From NCBI GenBank assembly GCA_032718475.1, contig JAUCBJ010007845.1:1-33468 (forward strand): a stretch of DNA of 33,468 nucleotides, read 5' to 3'. The notes under the pieces are model-generated. The model saw only the letters and a list, made by a program, of their open reading frames with translations, was not told the DNA's origin and did not search any database. The stretch comes from Nemertoderma westbladi (taxonomy: Eukaryota > Animalia > Xenacoelomorpha). The translations under genes and the position numbers were made by a program. Of this stretch, positions 1-11,000 are shown one piece after another (the stretch's first letter is position 1; every line of letters begins with the position of its first letter).

Positions 1-1404
1 CTACAATATACAATAGATCACAATCGAAATAATACTAAATGTACTTGTACAGCAGTACCGGTACCGGTGATGACAGTTAGGCCTACTGACCTACAGAAGC
101 ACCGGTTCAGTTTTACCAGTCACTACGGTATTTTGCAACCCTATTGCCTACTGCAATAAGATTATAACTGTTACTGTTCGCGCTTTTGAAGACCTTTAGC
201 AGTTTAACCTGCCAAAATTTATATGTCTTTTAGTTAATTAACACACCTTTAGCATACGACAATATTTTATGCTAATAAACAAAACATTAGCCGAAGCCAG
301 CCCATGCGCGATCATTCACCCGATGGATCTACACCCGGGAGGCTGAATTCGGATGCTTAGATTTTATTATTGCAGTATAAGGTTGCAGTGTAAGCCTACT
401 GTATTATTCGATTGATCGCTAATATGTAATTTCTGACAGATATTATTAACTTTCGGGAAATATTAACAGTTCCTTTAGGACGTGGCGCTCTATCTATTTA
501 AACAGAGCTAGGACTTATACTAAACGCAACGATAAGGCTTATGATTAAAGTATAAGTCGCATTCTTTAGGAAATGCTTTGTTACCAGTCACATCACACTC
601 ACAATTATGCACACTATTCTGCCGACCGTCAGTATATTTGATCACACATAAAGAGAATAGCAATTGACTCAGGTAGTGTCTACTAAATAACATTAGATTC
701 AATACACACCACATTGATATAAATCGCAATTGTTATATATAGCCCGCCTCTCTAACCTGTAGTGTATCAAGAAAATTGGGAATTTTGGGTGATTTATCCG
801 TATTCTCCAAAGAGCAATATTTCCATCAACAAATAGATACAATTAATAACTGACGGTAAATAGCAGTACAAACAATATGATTAGTGCAGTTAAATTAAGT
901 GAGGTAACACCGCCGGTAACAGTTATACTTTCTATAATCTAAGCAGTTTTACTAGAGTTCTTAGAGCCGGTGTTTCTGGCTTAGACAGCAATAACAACAA
1001 AGTATCAAGTAAAAACAGTAAGACTGAACACTCTCCTTATGATCGGCCGAAAAGCTACACGTCGACAGGAAAAATCGCTCTGATTGGCTCAAGCCAAACA
1101 AAGAACCATGCATCCACTGGCTGTTTCCATGTCAGCAACCAGCTGTTAGATGTCGTAATATGAATCATCACGGCTAAGCTGTGAAAGGTAGTTGGTGCAT
1201 TGCAGGTTTTTTGCCTTACCATGTCCGCCAAAACACGTATATAGCAGAATGACTTTTATGTCCGTTAAAACACCTGTAACGGTACCTTGCGGGCGAGGGG
1301 AATATATATACAGTTAGAGAACCTTTTTAGAGTATTCCAGCGCCTGGGGGGAAACTGGATTGCGAAGCAAAAGGGGCCAGTTATATCCCACAGAAGCTTT
1401 TACA
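1..1404 (-). mobile_element. 5' LTR (175-1404) plus start of leader (1-174) of a second, diverged BEL/Pao retrotransposon that continues left of the window
   Basis: 175-1404 starts TGTTCGCGC, ends AAGCTTTTACA and is colinear with the LTRs at 3631-4792 and 18324-19485. Shared blocks include cagtttaacctgccaaa, acattagccgaagccag, actttcgggaaatattaacagttcctttaggac and ctctgattgg. Bases 1-174 resemble the leader at about 18167-18323. Confidence 0.85.
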
Positions 1405-1542
1405 AATGGCGTAGGCCAGTTGAATGGCTTAGGCCAGTTGAATGGCTTAGGCCAGTTGAATGGCTTAGGCCAATTGAATGGCTTAGGCCAGTTGAATGGC
1501 TTAGGCCAATTGAATGGCTTAGGCCAGTTGAATGGCTTAGGC
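1405..1542 (+). repeat. 18-bp minisatellite (aatggcttaggccagttg), about 7.7 copies
   Basis: Near-perfect tandem units starting immediately after the LTR end. It explains the repetitive ORFs 1287..1547 and 1360..1647. Confidence 0.95.
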
Positions 1543-2800
1543 TATGATCTGTTGCAATGGCTTGGTGAGGAGATTAAGCTAGTGGCATGCGGCAGACGTT
1601 GCCTCACAGACTGTGAAACAAGGTGGGCGACAATCAAATTACTGTAGAATGTGCTGCCATAAAATATGGAAAATGAATGAATGCCGTCTGTACTTGGTGG
1701 GGCTTCCGACTTTTACAGTCGTGACTCATCACCAACCGCTGGTTCGCATATTCAATGACTTTACGTAGATCAAGTCGAGAACTCAAAGATCCAGCGAATA
1801 AAGAATGATTTACAATCCCGATATGAGTTCCGTTTGGAGTGGAAACCAGGGAAATCCCGTAGGAGAGCCGATGGACTGAGCAGAAAACCCATAGACGACC
1901 ATGACTCTCAGGAAAAATATGACTCTGAGACTACTCATAGGCTTACTTCAGTAATTGCTGAACTAGGTGTTAACGCAGAGGAGAAACCAATGCCAATATG
2001 GATGACCCATTTATAAAGGACCTCAGGCAAATTGCGCTCGCTTCCTAAGCCTATACAGAACGCTTGTATGGGTATACATATGTAAATGAATGAGCTTGGG
2101 ATCCTTCATCCAAACAAGTCACGCTTTGCTGCGGCATTTCGGAGACCTCGATGTCCCTATTATACTGCGAACGTATGGAGGACCCCAATTCGACTCTCAC
2201 TATTCTAAAACATTCGTCAACCACTGGGGAGTAAACTGGGGTCAAGTACGCCCCATTACCCCACCAGCAATGGCCACACAGAGGCATCAGAAAGGCTCTG
2301 CATATTAAATGTAAACAACCGGACATAAACTCAGAGGAATTTAATGAAGGTTTGATGGAAATCCGAAATTCACCTAGTTCGAAATTCGAGAGCTAATATC
2401 ATTTCTCAAAGTGAAATCGATTTTGGGCGTCTCCTCCGTACGCGACTAGCTGCTCACCATTATAAATTTTCCCAAGTCCAGGCAAGATACAGCCGACTAA
2501 GCGTCTGCAAACACTCGTCAGAAATCGGAGCAATACTACAACCAAATCAGCACACGATCTTCAACCCATTAAGATCGGAACATGACCTACTATAGATATA
2601 TAGTATATAGTATAGTATATACTATATACTACTTGTTTATGCTCCGATCATGACATACTATAGATAGATCTATAGTAGGTCATGATCGGAGCATAAACAA
2701 GGATTCAGGACCCAAAATCAAAGCGCTGGACTCAAATTGGAACCGTAGTTGGGGTAGGAAGAAATCGTGACTATAGGGTGAAGTTGCCTTCTGTGCCCAC
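1531..2800 (+). pseudogene. Decayed Ty3/Gypsy pol fragment (RNase H and integrase)
   Basis: Fragments across frames: NGLGYDLLQ..LVACGRRCLTDCETRWATI, FTVVTHHQPLVRIFN and EWKPGKSRRRADGLSRKP (RNase H); VPIILRTYGGPQFDSH..FVNHWGV (integrase core); RIQDPKSKRW..GTVVGVGRNRDYRVKLPS (integrase C-terminus). It has many stops and frameshifts, and the integrase zinc-finger region appears deleted. Confidence 0.85.
2581..2684. mobile_element. Probable P-superfamily transposon excision footprint inside the Gypsy integrase
   Basis: Perfect 17-bp inverted ends CATGACCTACTATAGAT (2581-2597) and ATCTATAGTAGGTCATG (2668-2684). The flanks atcggaa / atcggag form a 7-bp duplication with 1 mismatch. The interior is AT filler plus an inverted copy of the right flank. 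Confidence 0.65.
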
Positions 2801-3630
2801 GTCCTGGCCGCTACCTACGGACGTACATGTCACGCCATCACCGACACGGAACTCATCATGTCTGCTTCTGAGACCAACAAGTACAACCATGGGACTGAAA
2901 ACTTTGAAACTGAAAGTAATTAAGCTCTTCTTAGACATAGCTACCGCTTCAGGGAGAAACACGTTAAATTATCAAACTTTATCACGACTTCAAAGTAACA
3001 AACTTAATATAGTTGAAAGAAACTTTTGAAGTAATAAAAAGTTCTTTTGAAGTACAAAAATGGGAGTTATGATGGCCCTATTAAAATACTGTACTTAATA
3101 TACGGTAAGGAATCAGGATGATGGGATACAGTACTGCTTATGGTGATACTGCTACCAGTTATGGTGATGGGCAGAGAGTGATAGGCCCCGGAGGCCTATA
3201 CTTCTGCACTTGTACTGCTTCCATACGTACTGTATATAATATATACTAAATATTATATATTGGTTGTCTTTATTATATTAATCATTTATATGGTGCCACA
3301 CACACTAAGTTCATAACAATATTTAGTTTATATTTTACTTGTGTATTATTGACCGGACCCTTATTACCACAATTAAGTAACCTGCATCAAATCTTGTAAC
3401 ATGTGTTAACTTTCGTATATTGCTTTGGATCCCCCAACACGCCTCTGTAACCTGCTCCTTTAAATGGCAATGGGTCCAGGACAATAGATCCGGTCAACGG
3501 GTCCGGTCAACTGAGCAATAGGTCCGGTGAGTAGCCTTTGCCGACATTGTCAGGCAGACAAACGATATGACCTAACCGGCTAGCGCGACTTGAAATTTTG
3601 GTGCTGTGTGACGGGATCCAAGAAGGATCC

Positions 3631-4792
3631 TGTTTGCGCTTTTAAGACTTTTGACAGTTTAACCTGCCAAATTGGGATGTCTTTTAGATGATAGATAGTC
3701 TTTAGCCTATGACGAGTATTTGATACACTACATTAGCCGAAGCCAGTCTATGCGCAACCATTCACACGCTGGATATACCCGGGAGACTGGATTCGGAAGC
3801 TTAACTTGATTGAGGTGTAAGCCTACTGTATTATTCGACTGATCGTAATATATAATCTCTGACAAATATTATTCACTTTCGGGAAATATTAACAGTTCCT
3901 TTAGGACGTGGCGCTCTAAATATGTAAACAGAGTTATGACTTAAACTAGACACAACGAACTGGCTATAGATTCACGTATATGGCGCATTCTTTAGGAAAT
4001 GCTTTGTTATCAGTTACAATCATACACAATGCTGCACAATACTGCACACTAATCTGCCGACCTTCACTAATTTTAGTCACATATAAAGAGAGCAACAGAC
4101 AATCTATGTCGGGCCTATGAAATAGCATTAGATTCACTTCAAACCACTTAATGTAAGTCGCAATCGTTATATGTATCCGGTCTCTCTAACCTTTAGTATA
4201 TCAAGAAGATTGGGGTGTCTGATTTTTGATCAGTATTCCGATATAATATTTATTCAACAAATATAATGAATAACCGACAGCAAAGCAGTAATGTTAAGTA
4301 AGATATGTATGATATGTTAAGGTAAGAGTTGAGTTGTTTTGGTTTGATAACAGATATACGTTCTATAATTAAGCCTACTAATGTTAAGCTAAAGACTGAA
4401 ACACGGAGGTGCCAAAAGCCGGTGTTCTTAGGCTCTGGGCAAAAACATATACACTGAATTCATGAGTTTCTGTATCCAACCTCCAACACAGAGTCAAAAA
4501 ACGCTCTGATTGGTCGACCGAACAAAGAGAGAACAAAGAACAAAGAAATGTTCGACGTGGCAATATCAGCTGTTAGCCGTCGTCATGGTAGCCACACTGT
4601 TTTCAAGAGTATCCGGCTTATTGCGTCACAAAATTGCGGATTATGTCCGCTAAAGTACACCTACAGAAGAAATTACTCTTATGTCCTCTAAAACACCAGT
4701 ACAGTAAGGACACGGCCTTTTTATGCCCAGTAAACCAACTACAGAGTACTTTACGGGGAAAATAACCGGCTAGTTACGCAAAAGCCTTTACA
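3631..4792 (-). repeat. 3' LTR
   Basis: TGTTTGCGC...CCTTTACA; direct repeat of 18324-19485 with about 7 mismatches counted by eye. Confidence 0.95.
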
Positions 4793-4800
4793 CCGCTCCC
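4793..4800 (-). other. Polypurine tract (GGGAGCGG) for plus-strand priming
   Basis: The minus strand reads ttttctGGGAGCGG directly before the TGTAAAGG start of the 3' LTR. Confidence 0.7.
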
Positions 4801-4870
4801 AGAAAATGGGATTTAAGTCTATAAAATATAACAAATCACAGTTTCTAAAATATAAAAATACTCTAAACAG

Positions 4871-6392
4871 TTAGTCTTTCTTACGCGGACGGCGTTTACG
4901 CAGTTTTTTGAGGCTAGCAAGAGTCCTTTTCTCTTTGGGGCGAGCCACTTTACTAGGAGGGCTGTAACTCCTGGGTAAAGGGTGCAATATGATTGCATCA
5001 GAAGGTGTAGGATTATGGTCGGGGTGTCCACCGTTTCGATATGCTTCTCCTCGAGCTGATTTTCCTCCGCTCGTAGCTGGATACGTTCATCCAAAAACTC
5101 TCGCAGAGAATAGGATCGTCCAAGTTCGATAACTTCTTAGAGATTCTGGATTTCCCGATCAAACTGAGATATAGTTACTTTGTTGACCGCTTGGACTTGC
5201 TAGTGCAATTTACGTTTATCTGAACAAGCGTAAGTTCTTTTTCTGATCTTTGTAGAATAGCGTCTAACTCATTTGGTACAACGCTCTCCGCCACTTTGGT
5301 GACAGGTTATATCGTGTTAAGCCGGGACGATGGTAAGGGTTAAACGGCGATATTAAATGTCCGCGTCCCAATCCGGCTAGGTAGGATGGGCTAATATCTA
5401 GGAAGCCCACAACCGGGTGCCACCGACTAATTGTTCAGGTAACACTAGATCTTTGAGCAGTGAGTACAGCTCGGGAGGATCCGTCATACTAATAGGATCA
5501 AGAGTCTGAGGTCTCACTAGGGAATGAGGAGGTCTGATCGAGTATTCCGAAACTCTGATCATTGGTTTATTTAAGGATCATCTGAGTCGAACGAGCGTAG
5601 GTGATACATCGAACAAGTTTCGCTCGAAACTCCCATAAATATAGCGAGTAAAACCGTGTTTAAAGCAACGTCTCCGCGGATGTTTGTGTCTTTCTGTTTG
5701 TTGGGTGGGTCTTGGGCATTCATCGCAATAATACCAAAAACGCACGTCTGGTAGGGGAAACGCGAGCAATCTTTCTCCAGCTTACAATATTCCTCCATCT
5801 GCTTGAAGCTATCCGGTACAACAGGTAGCGGTTGATCGGCGGTAAGATACATCATAGTGGAATAGAGCCGTTTGAGTTCTACCATGCGGTCATGATGTAT
5901 ACCTTGAGGATACCGAGTTTCTAGATTCTGTTGACTGGTAATATCGAGATAGGTTTCTCTTAAAATTACAGGTATTTGGTGAAGTTGCTGCGTTTATCCG
6001 GCTCTTCAACATCTTCACTTTCGAGTCGGTTTCGAATAGAATTTTCGTGTTCGAGTCTCAGTTTATCATTCCGCTTCCGCTGGGTATGATATTTAAATAA
6101 AACCATTTCCCTTTTCGGTGTCTATATCGTCCGTATCATGTAGGTCGATAGGATGACCAGTAGTTAAGAAGTCCACATACGTATCATTACGATGTGTATA
6201 GCGAGCGGTGAATTTCCTATAGTCCAACTCACGCGTGAGCTGCTCTTGGGACATTGGCGGTTCGATATAACGACCATCGTCCTCCGCAGCAGTTGGACCA
6301 GCGTCGCCGCGTATCAAGCTATCAACAAACGCTTGTAAAGGTAGAGTATATCGCTCCCTGATACCAAGATCATCTTCTATCAACTCAATCAT
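4871..6392 (-). pseudogene. Decayed additional ORF of unknown family between pol and the 3' LTR
   Basis: Chain of same-strand protein-like fragments (ORFs 6093..6392, 5571..5885, 4819..5094 and intervening frames), ending ...SLKKLRKRRPRKKD-stop at 4871. It is GC-richer than the AT-rich spacer at 6900-8030. Confidence 0.55.
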
Positions 6393-7225
6393 ATCTGCTA
6401 TATAAGTTTATCCATATTATAATGAGTTTATATTTAGGCGAGCGGGCGTCGCTGCCTACCCCTCTCTGCCCCCGGACAGTGCGAGATCCTCAGCACTGGT
6501 GTACTTTCGCCGATGTGCCTATCGCCAACGTCGTAGCTGCACAACGACTACAACGACCAGCACGAGCCACTCCACCGTCCGTCCCAAAGGCTTAGATATA
6601 CTTCAGGTTCTTACTGGAGAGTTAGGGTTACTTTCACAATTGCGACTCGCTACTGTAAACACACCTTAGTAGTAACATTCACCTACAAACGCACAAATTC
6701 CACATAACTGTCACAAATTGTACACGTTCTATCACACATTCGGGTCATTTGTCCGTTAGTCAAGTGCTTTCCAGAATGTCACGGTGTTATTATGTATCCT
6801 TGGATACTAGCGGTGTGCTATTTATTCCGTATGCTATTCAATGTGGCAAGCCTTCTATTGTTCTTTTAACTCACTTCTAATTCTAGCGTGGTTGTTGCCA
6901 TGGTGACATTATGGAAAGCTAGCAGTAGAATTAGGGTAATTCTCATGCATACAGATCTGGGATGCTATTTAATAGTAATTCTTTAATTGTCAATATCCTC
7001 TCTATATATGATTTTATGAATTTTATCGGCTATTGACTATATATTGGAGATTCTCGCACACAAATACACTTAATAGAGTGAATCTCCGCTCCCATGATCT
7101 ATTAATTAATGGAATTTTGGGAATGTTATAAATTGTATAAAATGACAATTTATTAAATTCATTGAAATATATGAATTTAAATTTATTCCCGTAAATTTTA
7201 TTATTTAATGTTAAATAGACGTAAT

Positions 7226-7490
7226 TTTATTCCAGAACGTGTCTGGGGACTGGGATCCTTGATTCTAGGAATTTTGTCCTTTTAAGAGTATCGGTAAGTG
7301 CTACGATATCTTAATCGACTAGAATGTTAAAGGATCTAAAATTTGACAGATTTTGTAAATATTAATAATTAATATTTAGGATGGGCACCAGTTTATTCCA
7401 GAACTTGTCTGGGGACGTTAACCACTGATTCTAGAATTTTGTCTTTCAAGTATATCGGTGGGTGCCGCGATATCTTAATCGACTAGGATT
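7226..7490. repeat. Two diverged copies of an about 100-bp motif (about 7226-7326 and 7392-7490)
   Basis: Shared tttattccagaac.tgtctggggac, tgattctag, aattttgtc, tatcggt and cgatatcttaatcgactag. Confidence 0.8.
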
Positions 7491-8035
7491 GCAGATGGTC
7501 AAAGGGTTTAACAGATTTATTTTGCGTTATACGCTACTGTTAAAGGGAAATCACGCTACTATATGTATTATTTAATATACGGTATGAGAGCAATATCGCA
7601 CGAAGCAATGTCAGTGTGAAGAGGCAAGTCGTTTCCAAGGTCTACCCAGAGCTTGGTTTAGCCTAGACACGAGGATCTGAACTTTGCATTCCTAATACTC
7701 TGCCTACCAATAATACTTGAATATAGTAGTGGCTTTATTGTACTTTAATAAGTACGGACATTTCATCTTACTATAGTTACGTATTCGTAATGTAATACGG
7801 GCAGCAAGGAAAGAGAAAAAGAATTGTTTCTCGCCATCGCACTAAATATATAATATAAGTAATTACGTAATAAACGCGAATATATTGCACTAATCTACTA
7901 AATAATCGCTAAAATAACATGCTACTAAATAAAATTAAATAAAACGATTATAATAAAATTACATAATAATACATACATAAATATAAAATAATAAGAATAT
8001 AAAATAATATGGTCACACGCCCACTCCATATGCTA

Positions 8036-11000
8036 CTAAGCTGGGGAGTCCCTAGATGTTTGTTGGATTAGGGAGGTGGTCGTGGGAAGAGTATCTTGTC
8101 TCCCATAGTTTCCGGAGAGTTCTCTGTCTCTTTCCAGTAAACATAAGCGACCAACTGGGCGATTGAGCTGCTGCGTCTCGAAGACAATTCCCGGTTTCTT
8201 GAAGTTACGTCGCATGACGACGAGTTCTACCGATCGCACCAAACCATCATCAGAGATGTGAGTCTCGATGATACGACCTGTCTGCCACCGCTTACGTGGA
8301 AGATCTACATCCACAATAAGAACCATGTCTCCAGCGCTGACGTTTTCTAGCTGCGCAAACCACTTAGTGCGAAGTTGTAGCGTGGGCAGATAATGTTTTT
8401 CAAAATGATCAGCGAAACGACGGGATAACAACTGCATGAGTTGCCAAGTTTGCCGGCAGTATTCGTCTCCGTCTGTGATTTCCGATTGTGGGAGCATGGC
8501 TACAGGTTTCTTTAGTAGGAAATGCGCGGGTGTTAGCGCTTCCAGGGAATCGGGACTCGATGAGACTGGCATAAGCGGTCTCTCGTTGAGATAGGCGGCG
8601 ATTTCCTCCATTAACGTCCGCAAAAGTTCGTCGGTGAGATACGCGCGGCAAGGCACTATAAAGTGAAATGCTGTCTTCACACTTCTTATTAATCTCTCCC
8701 AACTTCCTCCCCACCAAGGGGCGTCGGCGGCGTTGAAGGTCCAGCTAGACGCTGTTACTCGTAGCTGATCGTCCACCTGTCTTTGGTTCCAGTCCTTGAC
8801 GTAAGCTTTGATTTCATTGTTGGCACCAATGAAGTTTGTTCCCTTATCAGATCTCATCGTGTTACTAGTGCCAAAGCGAGCGATCTGTCGTCGTAAGCTT
8901 AATAGAAAGCTGTTGGTAGATAAATCGTTCACCATGTCGAGATGGATAGCTCTACAAGTCATACAAACAAAGATGACACACCATCTCTTGACTATAGTCC
9001 TAGCACGATATACTTCAATAGGGCCAAATAAATCCACACTGGTATTAGTAAAGGGTGGTTCATAGAAGCTTACTCGTTCCCTAGGTAATTCTGCCTCTCG
9101 CTGTGTTAAAGGCCTACTGAATGCTTTCCTACAGGGTATACAGTTCCTAAGAACTTGGTTCAGAGCTCTACGGGGTTTATAAAAATAATAGCGAGTTCGA
9201 ATTTCGCTAAGAACTCGTTCCCTAACAGCATGATAAAGTTTGCTGTGAACGTCTACAATCATCTTGACTTGTATTTCAAGATTTCTAATGAGTATGGGAA
9301 ACTTAGTGTCAAAGGATAGTGGAGCATTCGTTAATCTTCCTCCAACACGTATCAACCCATCTATCATTGTACTAGAGAAACGATCCCTTAAGCGCATCTG
9401 TGGATTTCTCAACAACAGGAAATACTTATCGGAATCCTCATAGCATTGCAGGAGTCTCAGCATCTGCTTGTTGGTTTCGTCATGCTCCTGATAACTGATC
9501 TTCTCCTTCAGAAACCTGTCGGGTATCTTATATTTGGGAAGATCTTTAATAACATGGACCTGCACTGATGTTATTGGAGAGGTATCACCTTTGGCCTTCA
9601 TCCCGGAGTAGTGATGGTGAAAACATCTCTTTAAATATGTAACGGCCTTACAGAGCCGATTCCAGGAACTGTAGTGATGTATCGCTCTCTGCAGAAGAGG
9701 TGAGAGTCCTTGCGAGACATCTGGTATTCCAGATTTCCAATCCTTCTCACGGATTTCCACAACACGTTTATTGGTGGCTGTGGGTTTCTTATCCAAAACG
9801 TCGTCTCCGGAAATATGTAGTACAGACAGATCTACCATGGGTTTGAATAACTTCGATTTACTCGCCCGAGTTTTAGGTTTGACTTTCTCCGCTCCCTTGG
9901 CCTGTCTAATCTCTGCTGTAGTAAGATGAGGAGGCCATTCTTCTTCTTCTTTGTAGAGGAAGTCGGGTCCACCTAACCAGTCTGGAGTGTCTACCAGTTC
10001 TTGTGGAGTTGCTCCCCTGGAAGCGATGTCTGCTGGATTAATCGTTCCGGGGCAATGTCTCCATTGATCCATCGTTGTGCGACTGAGTATAATGGCTACT
10101 CTGTTGGTAACGAAGACGCTGAACTGACAGACTTCATTGGTTATATACTCCAACACGAGTAAAGCGTCGGTCCAATAGACAGTTTTCTCCAGTGGATAGT
10201 CGATCTGTTCTGTTACATTCCGGCCGATGGCTGTAGCGTATAGAGCCGCTTTTAACTCCGCTCGAGGAACTTTCAACTTGTTGTTTATCAATGCCTTAGA
10301 GGTAACCAAGGCGACTTTGATTCCGTCCGGAGTTTCCACCCTTAGGTAGGCTACTATACCTATTCCCATATCGCTGGCGTCTCCAAACACATGGAGTTGA
10401 TAGGAATACGTAGGGAGAACATGACCAAAATATGAACGGGAAATTATAAAGTTCTCGATGGCTGGTAGAGAATCTTCCCATTTCATCCACTTCTTTAACA
10501 ATTCTCCCTTAAGTGGATCGTCCCATGAGTGGTTTTCAAGCCACATTTGTTGTACTAAACTCCGAGCAATCAATATAACTGGGCTAATAAATCCCAATGG
10601 ATCGAAATAAGTGCTCAGGATACTTAAACAAATCCGTTTAGTCCGAACTGGATTATCTCGCTGTTTTAGTTGGAAAAACAGGATATCTCTTTCAGTGTCC
10701 CATTTCAAACCAAGAGTCTTAGTTTCTGGGAGATCATCCTTTATTAGATTCAGGTCTTTTGCTCCTCGATCTTCTACCGGGATCGACTCCAGAAACTCAC
10801 GGGAGTTGCTGGTGAATTTAGTTAATCGAAATCCACCTCTTTTTAAGCACTCTACCGTTCCTTTAGCGACCTCAATGGCTTCTTCGACTGATGGAAGGGA
10901 CTTTAGATTATCGTCCATGTAGATGTCTCGTTTGATATTGTCGATCACCTCTTTAGAGAAGGCGTCTCGGTTGTCATCCGCGGTGGTGCGCACCACGGAA

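Noticed and set aside
3062-3300. Possible PPT and 3' LTR of the Gypsy relic
   Set aside because: The position is plausible, but no second copy is in the window to define boundaries.
3599-3620. tRNA-His-like PBS (TGGTGCTGTGTGACGGGAT)
   Set aside because: Imperfect match, not preceded by an LTR-terminal CA, and on the wrong strand and side for the BEL element.
6523-6537. 15-bp exact match (cgccaacgtcgtagc) to 14288-14302
   Set aside because: One 15-mer match is expected by chance in a window this size, and it does not extend.
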